A stretch of DNA of 64,000 bases from Obrimoposthia wandeli. Its lineage: Eukaryota. Below the pieces are notes generated by a model that ran no database searches, had not been told where the DNA came from, and saw nothing but the letters and a program-made list of their open reading frames with translations. Below are positions 20,771 through 32,083 of this stretch, one piece after another (position 1 is the stretch's first letter; every line of letters begins with the position of its first letter). Made by a program: the position numbers and the translations under genes. Location: NCBI GenBank assembly GCA_977020255.1, contig CDROCS010000253.1, positions 248,001 to 312,000 of the forward strand, read 5' to 3'.

Positions 20771-23491
20771 TTAGACTATTTTGGTATTCGTTGTAAACGC
20801 ATCACTGATGAGCCGTTCAGCAAATAAGCCATTGTCTGGTTCGTGTTCATCAGGGGTAACGGCATCACTGGCAGTCAATCGTTGGTATTTTTTCTTAAAC
20901 ACCGCTATTTTATCGATTTCATCTTCTTGCTCATACGCTTTCAATAAGTTTTGTCGCCATTCTTTTTGCCAAGGACAGCTAACAACTGCTTTTTCAAGAT
21001 GGCGAATACCATCTTGAGCATGGTGCTTAGTTAAATAAACTAGCCCTACCATATAATGACACGCTGCATGCTCAGGGTTATGATGTAACATCTTTTTAAA
21101 GCACATTTCAGCGTCATCAAACCTCCCCTCTTTGTATAGTGCGACACCGTCGGTTAAAAAACCGGGCTCAGGCAAGGTGAAAAAATCAATCATAGGGTTT
21201 GATACTATTTTAGTATTAGTGCCTTTGATTAATGGTGTTAACTGGGTTTGATAACGCTGCCACTTCGCTTTTGAGGTTTTATAAATAGGTTGGCGTACCT
21301 GCCAAACACTAGCCGTTTTAACGGTACGCACTAACTCATTAAACTTAAGTACGCTGGGCTGCCAGTCTACGCCAATATAAGTCAACATTTTACGGGCGCT
21401 TCCTTCTAAGTCGTCAACGACATCTTCATAATTAATTTCTAGAATTTCACCGGGAAAGGTTTGCTGCCAATGATGCATTAACAAGTTATGATCGGCTAAC
21501 TGTTGTCCAATATGCTCTAGGTCATAAGCAAAACCCATACCGCCATGTTTGGCTTGATAATCAGTAAAATAATTCGACATGGCAATGTCGCGTGGGTCAC
21601 GACGTACTGAAATGATTTTAGCCTTGGGGAACAGAAATTTAATTAAGCCAATATTTTCAAAGTTATGCGGCATCTTATCCACCACATATTTCGACTCCGG
21701 CTTGTCTTCTGCAGCTAGCTCTTGTAATTCTTTTAGCACATTCTTTGCAATACCTGCGATGGTATAAGCATTAAAATCATCAATACAATCGGGGTATTTT
21801 CGGCCAGATCCAGTGTGGCGTTCCCAGCGATTCATCCCCTGTACGACTTGCGGAATAACCCCTAACTCACCGGCACCAAAAATATCACTGTGCCCTGATA
21901 AAATTTGTTCCACTAAGCTGGTGCCCGAGCGCGGCATGCCTAACACATACACAGGCATTGTTGATTCAACGCCGCAGTTAGGGCGATGCTGATATAAGGT
22001 TTTGTTAAAACAGACACGCAATCGCGCACAATCTTCGCGGTGTTTTTGAGCATTGTAGGGTAAAAATTTTTTACTGGCGTTATTGGCCTGTTTGGCAAAG
22101 GCAAAGGCTTTGTTATAGTCTTGCTGTTTTTCCCACGCGGCCGCTAATTGGAATAAAATACCAGCACGCAGCGAGCCCTCCATGCTGGGCTTATTGGCCG
22201 CGATGGCCATTTTATCTAAGGTGTCTACATCGTCAGGAAAACGCCGAGCATTAATTAGAGCCGAATAGCCTTTCAGTGGGTCAATGTCTTTAACACGTTC
22301 AAACAAGGCAACGGCTTCATCAATATACCCCTGCTGCATTTGTTGCTGACCTAAGCCTTGCAATGCCGGTAAAAAATGGCTGTGCTCTGCTAAAATATCA
22401 CGGTAGAGCTGCTCTGAAACCTCAAAATTTTGCTCTTGGCTTTCCACTTGCGCTAAGGCATTATTTGCCTGTGCTTGTTTCATTTTAATCAGCACTAAGG
22501 TTTGTTGCTCAGTAACTTCTAGCGCTTCTGCCAAACTGACCGCGCGCTCTGCCGCTTTGCGTGCCTTTTTATCAAAACGGTGCAAACAGGCTGTTGATAA
22601 CTGCACCCAAAGGGTGCTATTTTTTTCATCATTTTTTAGCGCCCTTTGCAGTAAATTAACCGCCTGCATAAAGTGCCCTTGCACTTGCGCTAGTTCGGCA
22701 AGTGCCATGCATAGCTCTACGTTATCATTATACGGCTTTAAATATTCACCTAAAATATCTGTTGCTTGTTGATGAAAATCGTTTTCCGCTAATACTTGGC
22801 TATAGCTTTTAACGCATTGTACTAATACGGCCTCTTCACAGTCACCCGCTTGCTGTTGCACACCTAACTGAGTGAGCCATTCTTCCGCAGGGGTAAATAA
22901 GCCTTGTGCTACCCACAGTTGTAATTGTGTAGTGTTCAGTTGCAACCAATATTGCTGATAAAGCGCATCTTCGAGCGAGTGATGATTAGCTAGCACTTCT
23001 CTTGCGCTATCGAGTTGATTTTGTGCCTGGCTGAGCTCATTTTGTGCAATATATACTGCCACTAAATTACGGTGTACGGTGAGGCGATCAGGAGTAATTA
23101 TTAATGATTTTTTAAAAAAGTGTTGTGCCTCAGTTAAGCGGCCAGAAGTTAAATAACAATACGCCAAACGTGCCAGCGCTAATGCATGGCTAGCTTGCTC
23201 CACCAAGACATCGCTTAACATTTTAATGGCGTCATCTATACGCTGCATCACAATTAATACCACCGCCAAATCACAGCGGGCATCGGCGTCAAGCACGTCA
23301 AAATGTTCAAGCGATTGTTGGTATAAGGCTTGGGTATTTTCTTTTAATCCCATATGGGCGTTAGCTGTCGCTAACAAAGGTAATACTGCCGGGTTGCCGC
23401 TGTCATACCAAAGAGATTGCGCTAATTCGAGCAAGCTAGGGTATTGTTGATTTTCAGCAAGTTGTCGCAACAGAATTAATTCGTTCATCAC
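20771..23491 (-). CDS. TPR-repeat protein with a PAPS-dependent sulfotransferase domain (TPST-like)
   Basis: N- and C-terminal TPRs; 5'-PAPS loop GMPRSGTSL, HSDIFGAGEL, DKMPHN, 3'-PAPS motif RDPRDIAMS, YEDVV. Confidence 0.88.
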   Translation of the reverse strand: MMNELILLRQLAENQQYPSLLELAQSLWYDSGNPAVLPLLATANAHMGLKENTQALYQQSLEHFDVLDADARCDLAVVLIVMQRIDDAIKMLSDVLVEQASHALALARLAYCYLTSGRLTEAQHFFKKSLIITPDRLTVHRNLVAVYIAQNELSQAQNQLDSAREVLANHHSLEDALYQQYWLQLNTTQLQLWVAQGLFTPAEEWLTQLGVQQQAGDCEEAVLVQCVKSYSQVLAENDFHQQATDILGEYLKPYNDNVELCMALAELAQVQGHFMQAVNLLQRALKNDEKNSTLWVQLSTACLHRFDKKARKAAERAVSLAEALEVTEQQTLVLIKMKQAQANNALAQVESQEQNFEVSEQLYRDILAEHSHFLPALQGLGQQQMQQGYIDEAVALFERVKDIDPLKGYSALINARRFPDDVDTLDKMAIAANKPSMEGSLRAGILFQLAAAWEKQQDYNKAFAFAKQANNASKKFLPYNAQKHREDCARLRVCFNKTLYQHRPNCGVESTMPVYVLGMPRSGTSLVEQILSGHSDIFGAGELGVIPQVVQGMNRWERHTGSGRKYPDCIDDFNAYTIAGIAKNVLKELQELAAEDKPESKYVVDKMPHNFENIGLIKFLFPKAKIISVRRDPRDIAMSNYFTDYQAKHGGMGFAYDLEHIGQQLADHNLLMHHWQQTFPGEILEINYEDVVDDLEGSARKMLTYIGVDWQPSVLKFNELVRTVKTASVWQVRQPIYKTSKAKWQRYQTQLTPLIKGTNTKIVSNPMIDFFTLPEPGFLTDGVALYKEGRFDDAEMCFKKMLHHNPEHAACHYMVGLVYLTKHHAQDGIRHLEKAVVSCPWQKEWRQNLLKAYEQEDEIDKIAVFKKKYQRLTASDAVTPDEHEPDNGLFAERLISDAFTTNTKIV

Positions 23492-23685
23492 TACTTCTTA
23501 ATATTGTTATCAGTTAATAATTAATTTATAGCTGTTTTGTACCTAATTTTTTTATAGCTAGTGCATACTTATTTATCGCATTACTGCGCAATTTTTTCAT
23601 TGGGGTAACCACTTGCCTAACTCGCAAGTCTGACTATGGTATTACTAAAACCTACAGAAAAACCTAACAGCTGTAATTGAGAAGT

Positions 23686-26600
23686 TTATACTCCCTGAGA
23701 TGTGGCAACACCGCTAGGTAATATCGTCAGGATTGCCCCCCCTTGTAATAAAGTCCCCACCCAACTTCCGGCCCATAGATCAGCAGTATCCATGCCGCCT
23801 GTGCGAAATGTTGTGATTCCCCCCCCTTTATTCAAAGCCACCAAGGCTGGATTGCTCCACGCCATAAGCGAAGCGGTAGCGGCCTTGCTGGCAGCGGGGT
23901 TTCCATCTTGGCCCAGTGGCGCGGCGCCACTGCCCACGAGAATAATGGTATCGTCTGAGCCCAAGTTTCCCGCTCCTGTCCACGGATTCGTCACGCTGAT
24001 ACCGACCGCACTAGTCGCCACCTTTATATAGATAGTATAAGTGGTGCCGCCATCAAAACTGCGACCCGAGTGTGAAGAGGTGTCGCCATCGGTGAGATCA
24101 AAGACAACAATCGAAGTATCTGCCTCAGTGGTAAAATCCAGCGTAGTCGAATCTGCAATACCGACGAAAGAATTACCTGCATTGTCATCGATGGCCGTGG
24201 CCGCTATTTGCACATTATAATTGGCCGAGTTATTGGCTAAATCAACGGTTGGGTTAATGGTTAGAGTATTGCCACTAACCGTCAACTGACCACTGTGATT
24301 GGCGACATCAATGGTAATTGTCTGCGCCCCGTCCGAGATAACAATATTGCCTGTGCCCAGAACGATACTCTCACTGAAGTTGAGAACGATATTATCCGTT
24401 ACCAATACCCCAGTGCCATTATCCGTCGGGGTACTCGAACTTAAAATAGGCGCCGTGGCATCGATCGCATCGCTGCTCTGACTAATCGCCGTGGTATAGC
24501 TGGCACTGGTGTTAGCGGATGAATCATCAATAGTCAGTGAAACGGGAATATCGGTGCCCGCTGGAACATCTGTACCGCCATTGATGATGGTAAATTTCGC
24601 GGTATAAGTGGTGCTGTTAGTGCGGGTCAAATTGCTCAGCACAAAACCACCGACACTGCCTGATATGTTCGTATATATATCACCCCCATCGTCAGCCACA
24701 GTTAAAGTAACCGTCACCACATCATCGACATTCATCGGAGCATCGGGGATACTGATCAGAGTAATAATCGGCGAAACTTCATCAAGATCGGTAATATCGA
24801 GCGTGATCGCTTTTTCGCTGCTGTTACCGGCAGCATCAGTCGCCACCACGGTAAAGTTGTAATCGGCTTTGTTTTCATCATCTGGATCCGCTGTTAAGGT
24901 TACTTCCCCCGTACTGCTGTTGATGGTAAATAAGGCCGCATCAGCACCCGTTTTTAAGCTGTAAGCTGTGGTGCCCGTGGCAACATCACCGCTGTCGGTT
25001 GACGTGACCGTGTACACCACTTGGCCGGCACCGCTATTTTCATCAATGGCGCTTGCGGTCGCCAACGAGGTGATCGTCGGCGAAACTTCATCAAGATCGG
25101 TAATATCGAGCGTGATCGCTTTTTCGCTGCTGTTACCAGCACCATCAGTCGCCACCACAGTAAAGTTGTAATCGGCTTTGTTTTCATCATCTGGATCGCG
25201 TTACACTACCAATGGCGTACTGCTGTTGATGGTAAATAAGGCCGCATCAGCACCCGTTTTTAAGCTGTAAGCTGTGGTGCCCGTGGCAACATCACCGCTA
25301 TCAGTTGACGTAACGGTATACACCACTTGACCAGCACCGCTATTTTCATCAATGGCGCTTGCGGTCGCCAACGAGGTGATCGTCGGCGCAACTTCATCCA
25401 GATCGGTAATATCGAGCGTGATCGCTTTTTCGCTGCTGTTACCGGCAGCATACTAGCGTCGCCACCAACGTAAAGTTGTAGTTTCATCGGGGTTAGTTTC
25501 ATCATCAGTTTCATCATCAGGGTTTGCCGTTAAGGTCACCGTAATATCACCGCCCCCGTACTGCTGTTGATGGTAAAATAAGGCCTGCATCAGCAAGCTG
25601 GCTTTTTGCTGTAAGCTGTAAGCTCGTGTCGGTGCCCGTGGCAGCACATCACCGCTATCGGTTGACGTGACCGTGTATACCACTTGGCCGGCACCACTTG
25701 GCCGGCACTTTCAATGTTTCCATCGGCGGCTTTGCGGGTCGCCAACGAGGTTATCGTCGGCGCAACATCATCAAGATCGGTAATATCGAGCATGATCGCT
25801 TGTTCGCTGCTGTTACCGGCGGCATCACTCGCCACCACGGTAAAGTTGTAATCGGCTTTGGTTTCATCATCCGGATTGGCCGTTAAGGTCACCGCCCCCG
25901 TACTGCTGTTGATGGTAAATAAGGCCGCATCAGCACCGGTTTTTAAGCTGTAAGCTGTGGTGCCCGTGGCAACATCACCGCTGTCGGTTGACGTGACCGT
26001 GTACACTACTTGACCAGCACCGCTATTTTCATCAATGGCTGTCGCGCTTGAAGCTGACGTGATAGTCGACGCAACTTCATCAAGATCGGTAATATCGAGC
26101 GTGATCGCTTTTTCGCTGCTGTTACCGGCAGCATCAGTCGCCACCACGGTAAAGTTGTAATCGGCTTTAGTTTCATCATCAGGGTTTGCCGTTAAGGTCA
26201 CCGCGCCCGTACTGCTGTTGATGATAAATAAGGCCGCATCAGCAACTGCTTTTAAGCTGTAAGTCGTGGCGCCCGTGGCAATATCACCACTGTCAGTTGA
26301 TGTGACCGTATACACCACTTGGTCGGCACCACTGTTTTCATCAATGGCGCTTGCGGTCGCCAACGAGGTGATCGTCGGCGCAACTTCATCAAGATCGGTA
26401 ATATCGAGCGTGATCGCTTTTTCGCTGCTGTTACCGGCAGCATCAGTCGCCACCACAGTAAAGTTGTAATCGGCTTTGTTTTCATCATCTGGATCCGCTG
26501 TTAAGGTTACTTCCCGTCGCTTGTTGATGATAAATAAGGCCGCATCAGCACCCGTTTTTAAGCTGTAAGCTGTGGTGCCCGTGGCAACATCACCACTGTC

Positions 26601-29600
26601 AGTTGACGTGACCGTGTACACCACTCTTGACCGCTGCTATTTTCATCAATGGCGCTTGCGGTCGCCAACGAGGTGATCGTCGGCGCAACTTCATCAAGAT
26701 CGGTAATATCGAGCGTGATCGCTTTTTCGCTGCTGTTACCGGCAGCATCAGTCGCCACCACGGTAAAGTTGTAATCGGCTTTGTTTTCATCATCTGGATC
26801 CGCTGTTAAGGTCATGCGCCCCGTACTGCTATCAGTGATGGTAACACCACTGAAGGCCGCATCATCACCTGCGTTTTACCTGGCAGTCGCCACCACGGTA
26901 AAGGTGCCGCCGTACTGCTGCAACCCGTATCACCACTGTCCGTTGATAACGGTACCGTATACACCACTTGGTCAGCACCACTGTATTTTCATCAATGGCG
27001 CTTTCGCCAACGAGGTGATCGTCGGCGCAACTTCATCCAGACGGTAATATCGAGCGTGATCGTTTTTCGCTGCTGTTACCGGCAGCATCAGTCGCCACCA
27101 CGGTAAAGTTGTAATCGGCTTTAGTTTTCATCATCATTTGCTTGTTAAGGTTACTTCCCCCGTACTGCTGTTGATGGTAAATAAGGCCGCATCAGCACCC
27201 GTTTTTAAGCTGTAAGCTGTGGTGCCCGTGGCAATATCACCACTGTCCGTTGATGTGACCGTATACACCACTTGGTCGGCACCACTGTTTTCATCAATGG
27301 CGCTTGCGGTCGCCAACGAGGTGATCGTCGGCGCAACTTCATCAAGATCGGTAATATCGAGCGTGATCGCTTTTTCGCTGCTGTTACCGGCAGCATCAGT
27401 CGCCACCACGGTAAAGTTGTAATCGGCTTTAGTTTCATCATCAGGGTTTGCCGTTAAGGTCACCGCGCCCGTACTGCTGTTGATGGTAAATAAGGCCGCA
27501 TCAGCAACTGCTTTTAAGCTGTAAGTCGTGGCGCCCGTGGCAATATCACCACTGTCCGTTGATGTGACCGTATACACCACTTGGTCGGCACCACTGTTTT
27601 CATCAATGGCGCTTGCGGTCGCCAACGAGGTGATCGTCGGCGCAACTTCATCAAGATCGGTAATATCGAGCGTGATCGCTTTTTCGCTGCTGTTACCGGC
27701 AGCATCAGTCGCCACCACGGTAAAGTTGTAATCGGCTTTAGTTTCATCATCAGGGTTTGCCGTTAAGGTCACTTCCCCCGTACTGCTGTTGATGGTAAAT
27801 AAGGCCGCATCAGCAACTGCTTTTAAGCTGTAAGTCGTGGCGCCCGTGGCAATATCACCACTGTCAGTTGATGTGACCGTATACACCACTTGGTCGGCAC
27901 CACTGTTTTCATCAATGGCGCTTGCGGTCGCCAACGAGGTGATCGTCGGCGCAACTTCATCAAGATCGGTAATATCGAGCGTGATCGCTTTTTCGCTGCT
28001 GTTACCGGCAGCATCAGTCGCCACCACGGTAAAGTTGTAATCGGCTTTGTTTTCATCATCTGGATCCGCTGTTACTTCCGGTACTTCCCCGTACTTGTTG
28101 ATGGTAAATAAGGCCGCATCATCACCTTTTGCTTGTAAGCTGTGGCGCCCACCCGTGGCAATCATCACCACTGCGCTGATGTGACCGTCACCACTTCACC
28201 ACTATTTTCATCAATGGCGCTTGCGGTCGCCAACGAGGTGATCGTCGGCGCAACTTCATCAAGATCGGTAATATCGAGCGTGATCGCTTTTTCGCTGCTG
28301 TTACCGGCAGCATCAGTCGCCACCACGGTAAAGTTGTAATCGGCTTTAGTTTCATCATCAGGGTTTGCCGTTAAGGTCACCGCGCCCGTACTGCTGTTGA
28401 TGGTAAATAAGGCCGCATCAGCAACTGCTTTTAAGCTGTAAGTCGTGGCGCCCGTGGCAATATCACCACTGTCAGTTGATGTGACCGTATACACCACTTG
28501 GTCGGCACCACTGTTTTCATCAATGAACGAGGTTATCGTCGGTGCAACATCATCAAGATCGGTAATATCGAGCGTGATCATCAGTCGCCACCACGGTTTG
28601 TAATCATCATCTAAGGTAACCGCGCCCGTACTGCTGTTGATGATAAATAAGGCCGCATCAGCGCTGCAATATCACCGCTATCGGTTGACGTGACCGTGTA
28701 CACCACTTGGCCAGCACCACTGTTTTCATCAATAGCGGTTGCTGTCGCCGCCGAGGTTATCGTCGGCGCGATTTCATCAAGATCGGTAATATCGAGCGTG
28801 ATCGCTTGTTCGCTGTTGTTACCAGCACTATCACTCGCCACCACAGTAAAACTGTAATCGGCTTTAGTTTCATCATCCGGATTTGCCGTTAAGGTCACTT
28901 CTCCTGAACTGCTGTTGATGGTAAATAAGGCCGCATCATCACCGACTTTTAAGCTGTAAATCGTGGCACCCGTGGCAATATCACCACTGTCAGTTGATGT
29001 GACCGTATACACTACTTGACCAGCACCGCTATTTTCATCAATGGCGCTTGCGGTCGCCAACGAGGTGATCGTCGGCGCAACTTCATCAAGATCGGTAATA
29101 TCGAGCGTGATCGCTTTTTCGCTGCTGTTACCGGCAGCATCAGTCGCCACCACGGTAAAGTTGTAATCGGCTTTGTTTTCATCATCTGGATCCGCTGTTA
29201 AGGTCACTTCCCCCGTACTGCTGTTGATGGTAAATAAGGCCGCATCAGCACCGGCTTTTAAGCTGTAAGCTGTGGCGCCCGTGGCAACATCACCGCTGTC
29301 AGTTGATGTGACCGTATACACTACTTGACCAGCACCGCTATTTTCATCAATGGCCATAGCTGTCATCGCCGAGGTTATAGTCGGGACTGCATCATCAAGA
29401 TCGGTAATATCGAGCGTGATCGCTTGCTCGCTGCTGTTACCGGCGGCATCAGTCGCCACCACGGTAAAATTGTAATCAGCTTTAGTTTCATCATCAGGGT
29501 TTGCCGTTAAGGTCACCGCGCCCGTACTGCTGTTGATGGTAAATAAGGCCACATCATCCCCCGCTTTTAAGCTGTAAGCTGTGGCGCTCGTGGCAACATC

Positions 29601-32066
29601 ACCGCTATCAGTTGACGTAACGGTATACACCACTTGACCAGCACCGCTATTTTCATCAATGGCGCTTGCGGTCGCCCCCGAGGTTATCGTTGGCGCAACT
29701 TCATCCAGATCAGTAATATCGAGCGTGATAGCTTGCTCGCTGCTGTTACCGGCGGCATCAGTCGCCACCACGGTAAAGCTGTAATCGGTTTTGCTTTCCT
29801 CATCAGGGTTTGTCGTTAAGGCCACCGTGCCCGTACTGCTGTTGATGATAAATAAGGCCGCATCATCACCAGCTTTTAAGCTATAAACCGTAGCGCCCGT
29901 AGCAACATCATCGCTATCGGTTGACGTGACTGTATACACCACTTGCCCAGCACCACTGTTTTCATCAATGGCGCTTGCGCTTGAAGCTGAAGTGATCGTC
30001 GGTGCGATTTCATCACGATCGGTAATATCGAGCTTGACAGATTGCTCTCTACTGTTACCGGCGGTATCACTCGCCACCACGGTAAAGTTGTAATCGGCGT
30101 TGGCTTCATCATCAGGATCGGGCGTTAGCGTCACTACCCCTGTAACTGTGTTAATAGTGAATAAAGCCCCATCATCACTCGCCTTTAAGCTGTAAGTGGT
30201 GACGCCCGTGGCAATATCACCGTTATCGATTGACGTGGCCGCGTACACCACTTGGCCAGCACCGCTATTTTCATCAATAGTGGTTGCTGTCGCCCCCGAG
30301 GTTATCGTTGGCGCGACTTCATCAAGATTGGTAATATCGAGCGTGATCGCTTGCTCGCTGCTGTTACCCGCGGCATCACTCGCCACCACAGTAAAGCTGT
30401 AATCGGCTTTGGCTTCTACATCAGGATTTGCCGTTAAGGTCACCACCCCCGTACTTCTCTTGATGATAAATAATGCCGCATCATCCCCCGTTAAGCTATA
30501 CGTGGCATTTTCATCGTTAGTGACTGCACGATAAACCACCTGATGACTGCCACTGTTTTCATCTAAAGTTGTGGCAATAGAGCCCGAATCAAAAACAGCG
30601 GTAGTAGTATCGACATTAATGATGATGGCAGAACTTTGATTTTGTTCGTTTATTTGAGAGGTAACTACAATGCGGCCATCACCACCAGCATTTACAACAG
30701 AACTGGGGACTAAAATGGTTGCTACGCCATCTAGCAGCTCAGCACCACTAATTTCAACACTATAACGTTGCACACCCCATTGGATAACAACCGTATCACC
30801 AATATTTACATTAGCTACCTGAACAGCAACACCTGCATCACTTTCTACTTTATTAACGCTATCCTGCGCCGCATCAATGACAGGAGGTCTAATCAATGCG
30901 CCATTTAAATCAACCACTTCAGCATTCACACCGGCTTCAAATGCCTCAACTCCATCCTGCAATAGTGAAAATCCAGAATTTGTAAAGTTTAACTCACCAT
31001 CAGCCTGTGTTTCTATCTCGCTTATTAATTTATCTATGGTCACATCAAGACTCGGCCTTGATGTTGAATCATCCCCATTTGAGGCTGCTAATGCATTGTC
31101 TGTTCCTGATAATAATGCCAAAATCTTACCATACTGCTCTGCGGCATCAAGGCCATCTGAACTGTCATAATTGGCATCTAAGATAGTCGTTACAGGGGCT
31201 AATATATCTTCAACACCGAATAATTTGGAAACATCAGCGTTTACTGCAACATTTTTAGTTGTTACTTTATTATCATCACTAATACCTGCCTGACGCGAAG
31301 CAAGTTCAGTTAAAGGAGTGATGCTCATAATGACATCATCAGAGTCATCCGTGTGTCCCATTGCACGCAGTGGCGAATTACCTAAACTAACTAGCTCTCC
31401 GATCGTTTCATCCAGATAATCACCCTCACCACCATTGCTATCGACAACCTTAGCTAATAATGGTCCTTGATAGCCATTGTTGATGGTAAAACTAACCGGC
31501 CCATCACTAAAATCATGCTCTTTACTTGCCAGCTCATTACCGTCTTTATCATACAATATAACAGTCACAACCGACTTAAAAGGACCCGCTACTGCCCCCA
31601 ATGTCACCTCGTAACTTGCAAAGTCATCATCATCATCCAACACTGCTACGCCAATCACATTAGCGCCAAGTAAGCCAACGGACCATGTCAAAGGAGATAG
31701 TCCTAAAAAGTCATTATTCTCTTGTGCTGCCCCCACAAGGGTTTCATTATCTTCAGCGTCCACAGGTTTATCTACACTGCTGACACTCATCCCTTCGGCG
31801 GGCGTAAAACTACCATCCATTGAGAAAGTAGCATTCATCGATTCACTATAAAAACCTTCAACTTGAGCAACAGTTATTCCTTCTACCTCTACTTCTAAAT
31901 TATCACCTTTACGCTTTAACATTAACTCCTGAGGAGCTTGTTGAGTTCCTTCTTCAACTACCGTATAAATTGCACCATTTAATGCGGTCAATATCTGTAA
32001 TTTGACCAAAGTAAATGTTTGACGCTCGCCATTTGCTAATTCAACAAGTAAAGTTAACTTTATCAT
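23686..32066 (-). CDS. Giant T1SS-secreted cadherin-repeat adhesin (Bap/Lap-like), about 2800 aa if intact; frame broken within the repeats
   Basis: ORF pieces 28611-32066, 28165-28581, 27134-28171, 25590-26624, 26558-26815 and 23686-25158 are segments of one repeat protein. It has a Bap-prefix-like N-terminus, cadherin repeats, an Ig-like (SbsA/Big_5-type) domain and a non-RTX C-terminus, and lies upstream of the T1SS genes. Confidence 0.85.
24780..30600 (-). repeat. Tandem array of about 19 cadherin-like repeats, 309 bp / 103 aa period
   Basis: Shadow ORFs recur every 309 bp (27205, 27514, 27823; 28707, 29016, 29325, 29634). Each unit carries IDENSG, PDDE, ATDAAG and ITDLDEVAP Ca2+-binding-type motifs. 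Confidence 0.92.
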
Positions 32067-32083
32067 TATATGCCCTTTAAAAT

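Noticed and set aside
23686-24200. RTX toxin call for the T1SS cargo
   Set aside because: No GGxGxD nonapeptides, no pore-forming domain and no hlyC-type acyltransferase
24954-30437. Many 60-100 aa ORFs recurring every 309 bp on both strands (e.g. MAGTAIFING..., MMKTKPITT...)
   Set aside because: Alternative-frame or antisense shadows of the cadherin repeat; their periodicity only reflects the repeat
24780-30600. Possible CRISPR or non-coding array
   Set aside because: The units are 309-bp protein-coding repeats with no unique spacers, and no cas genes are present
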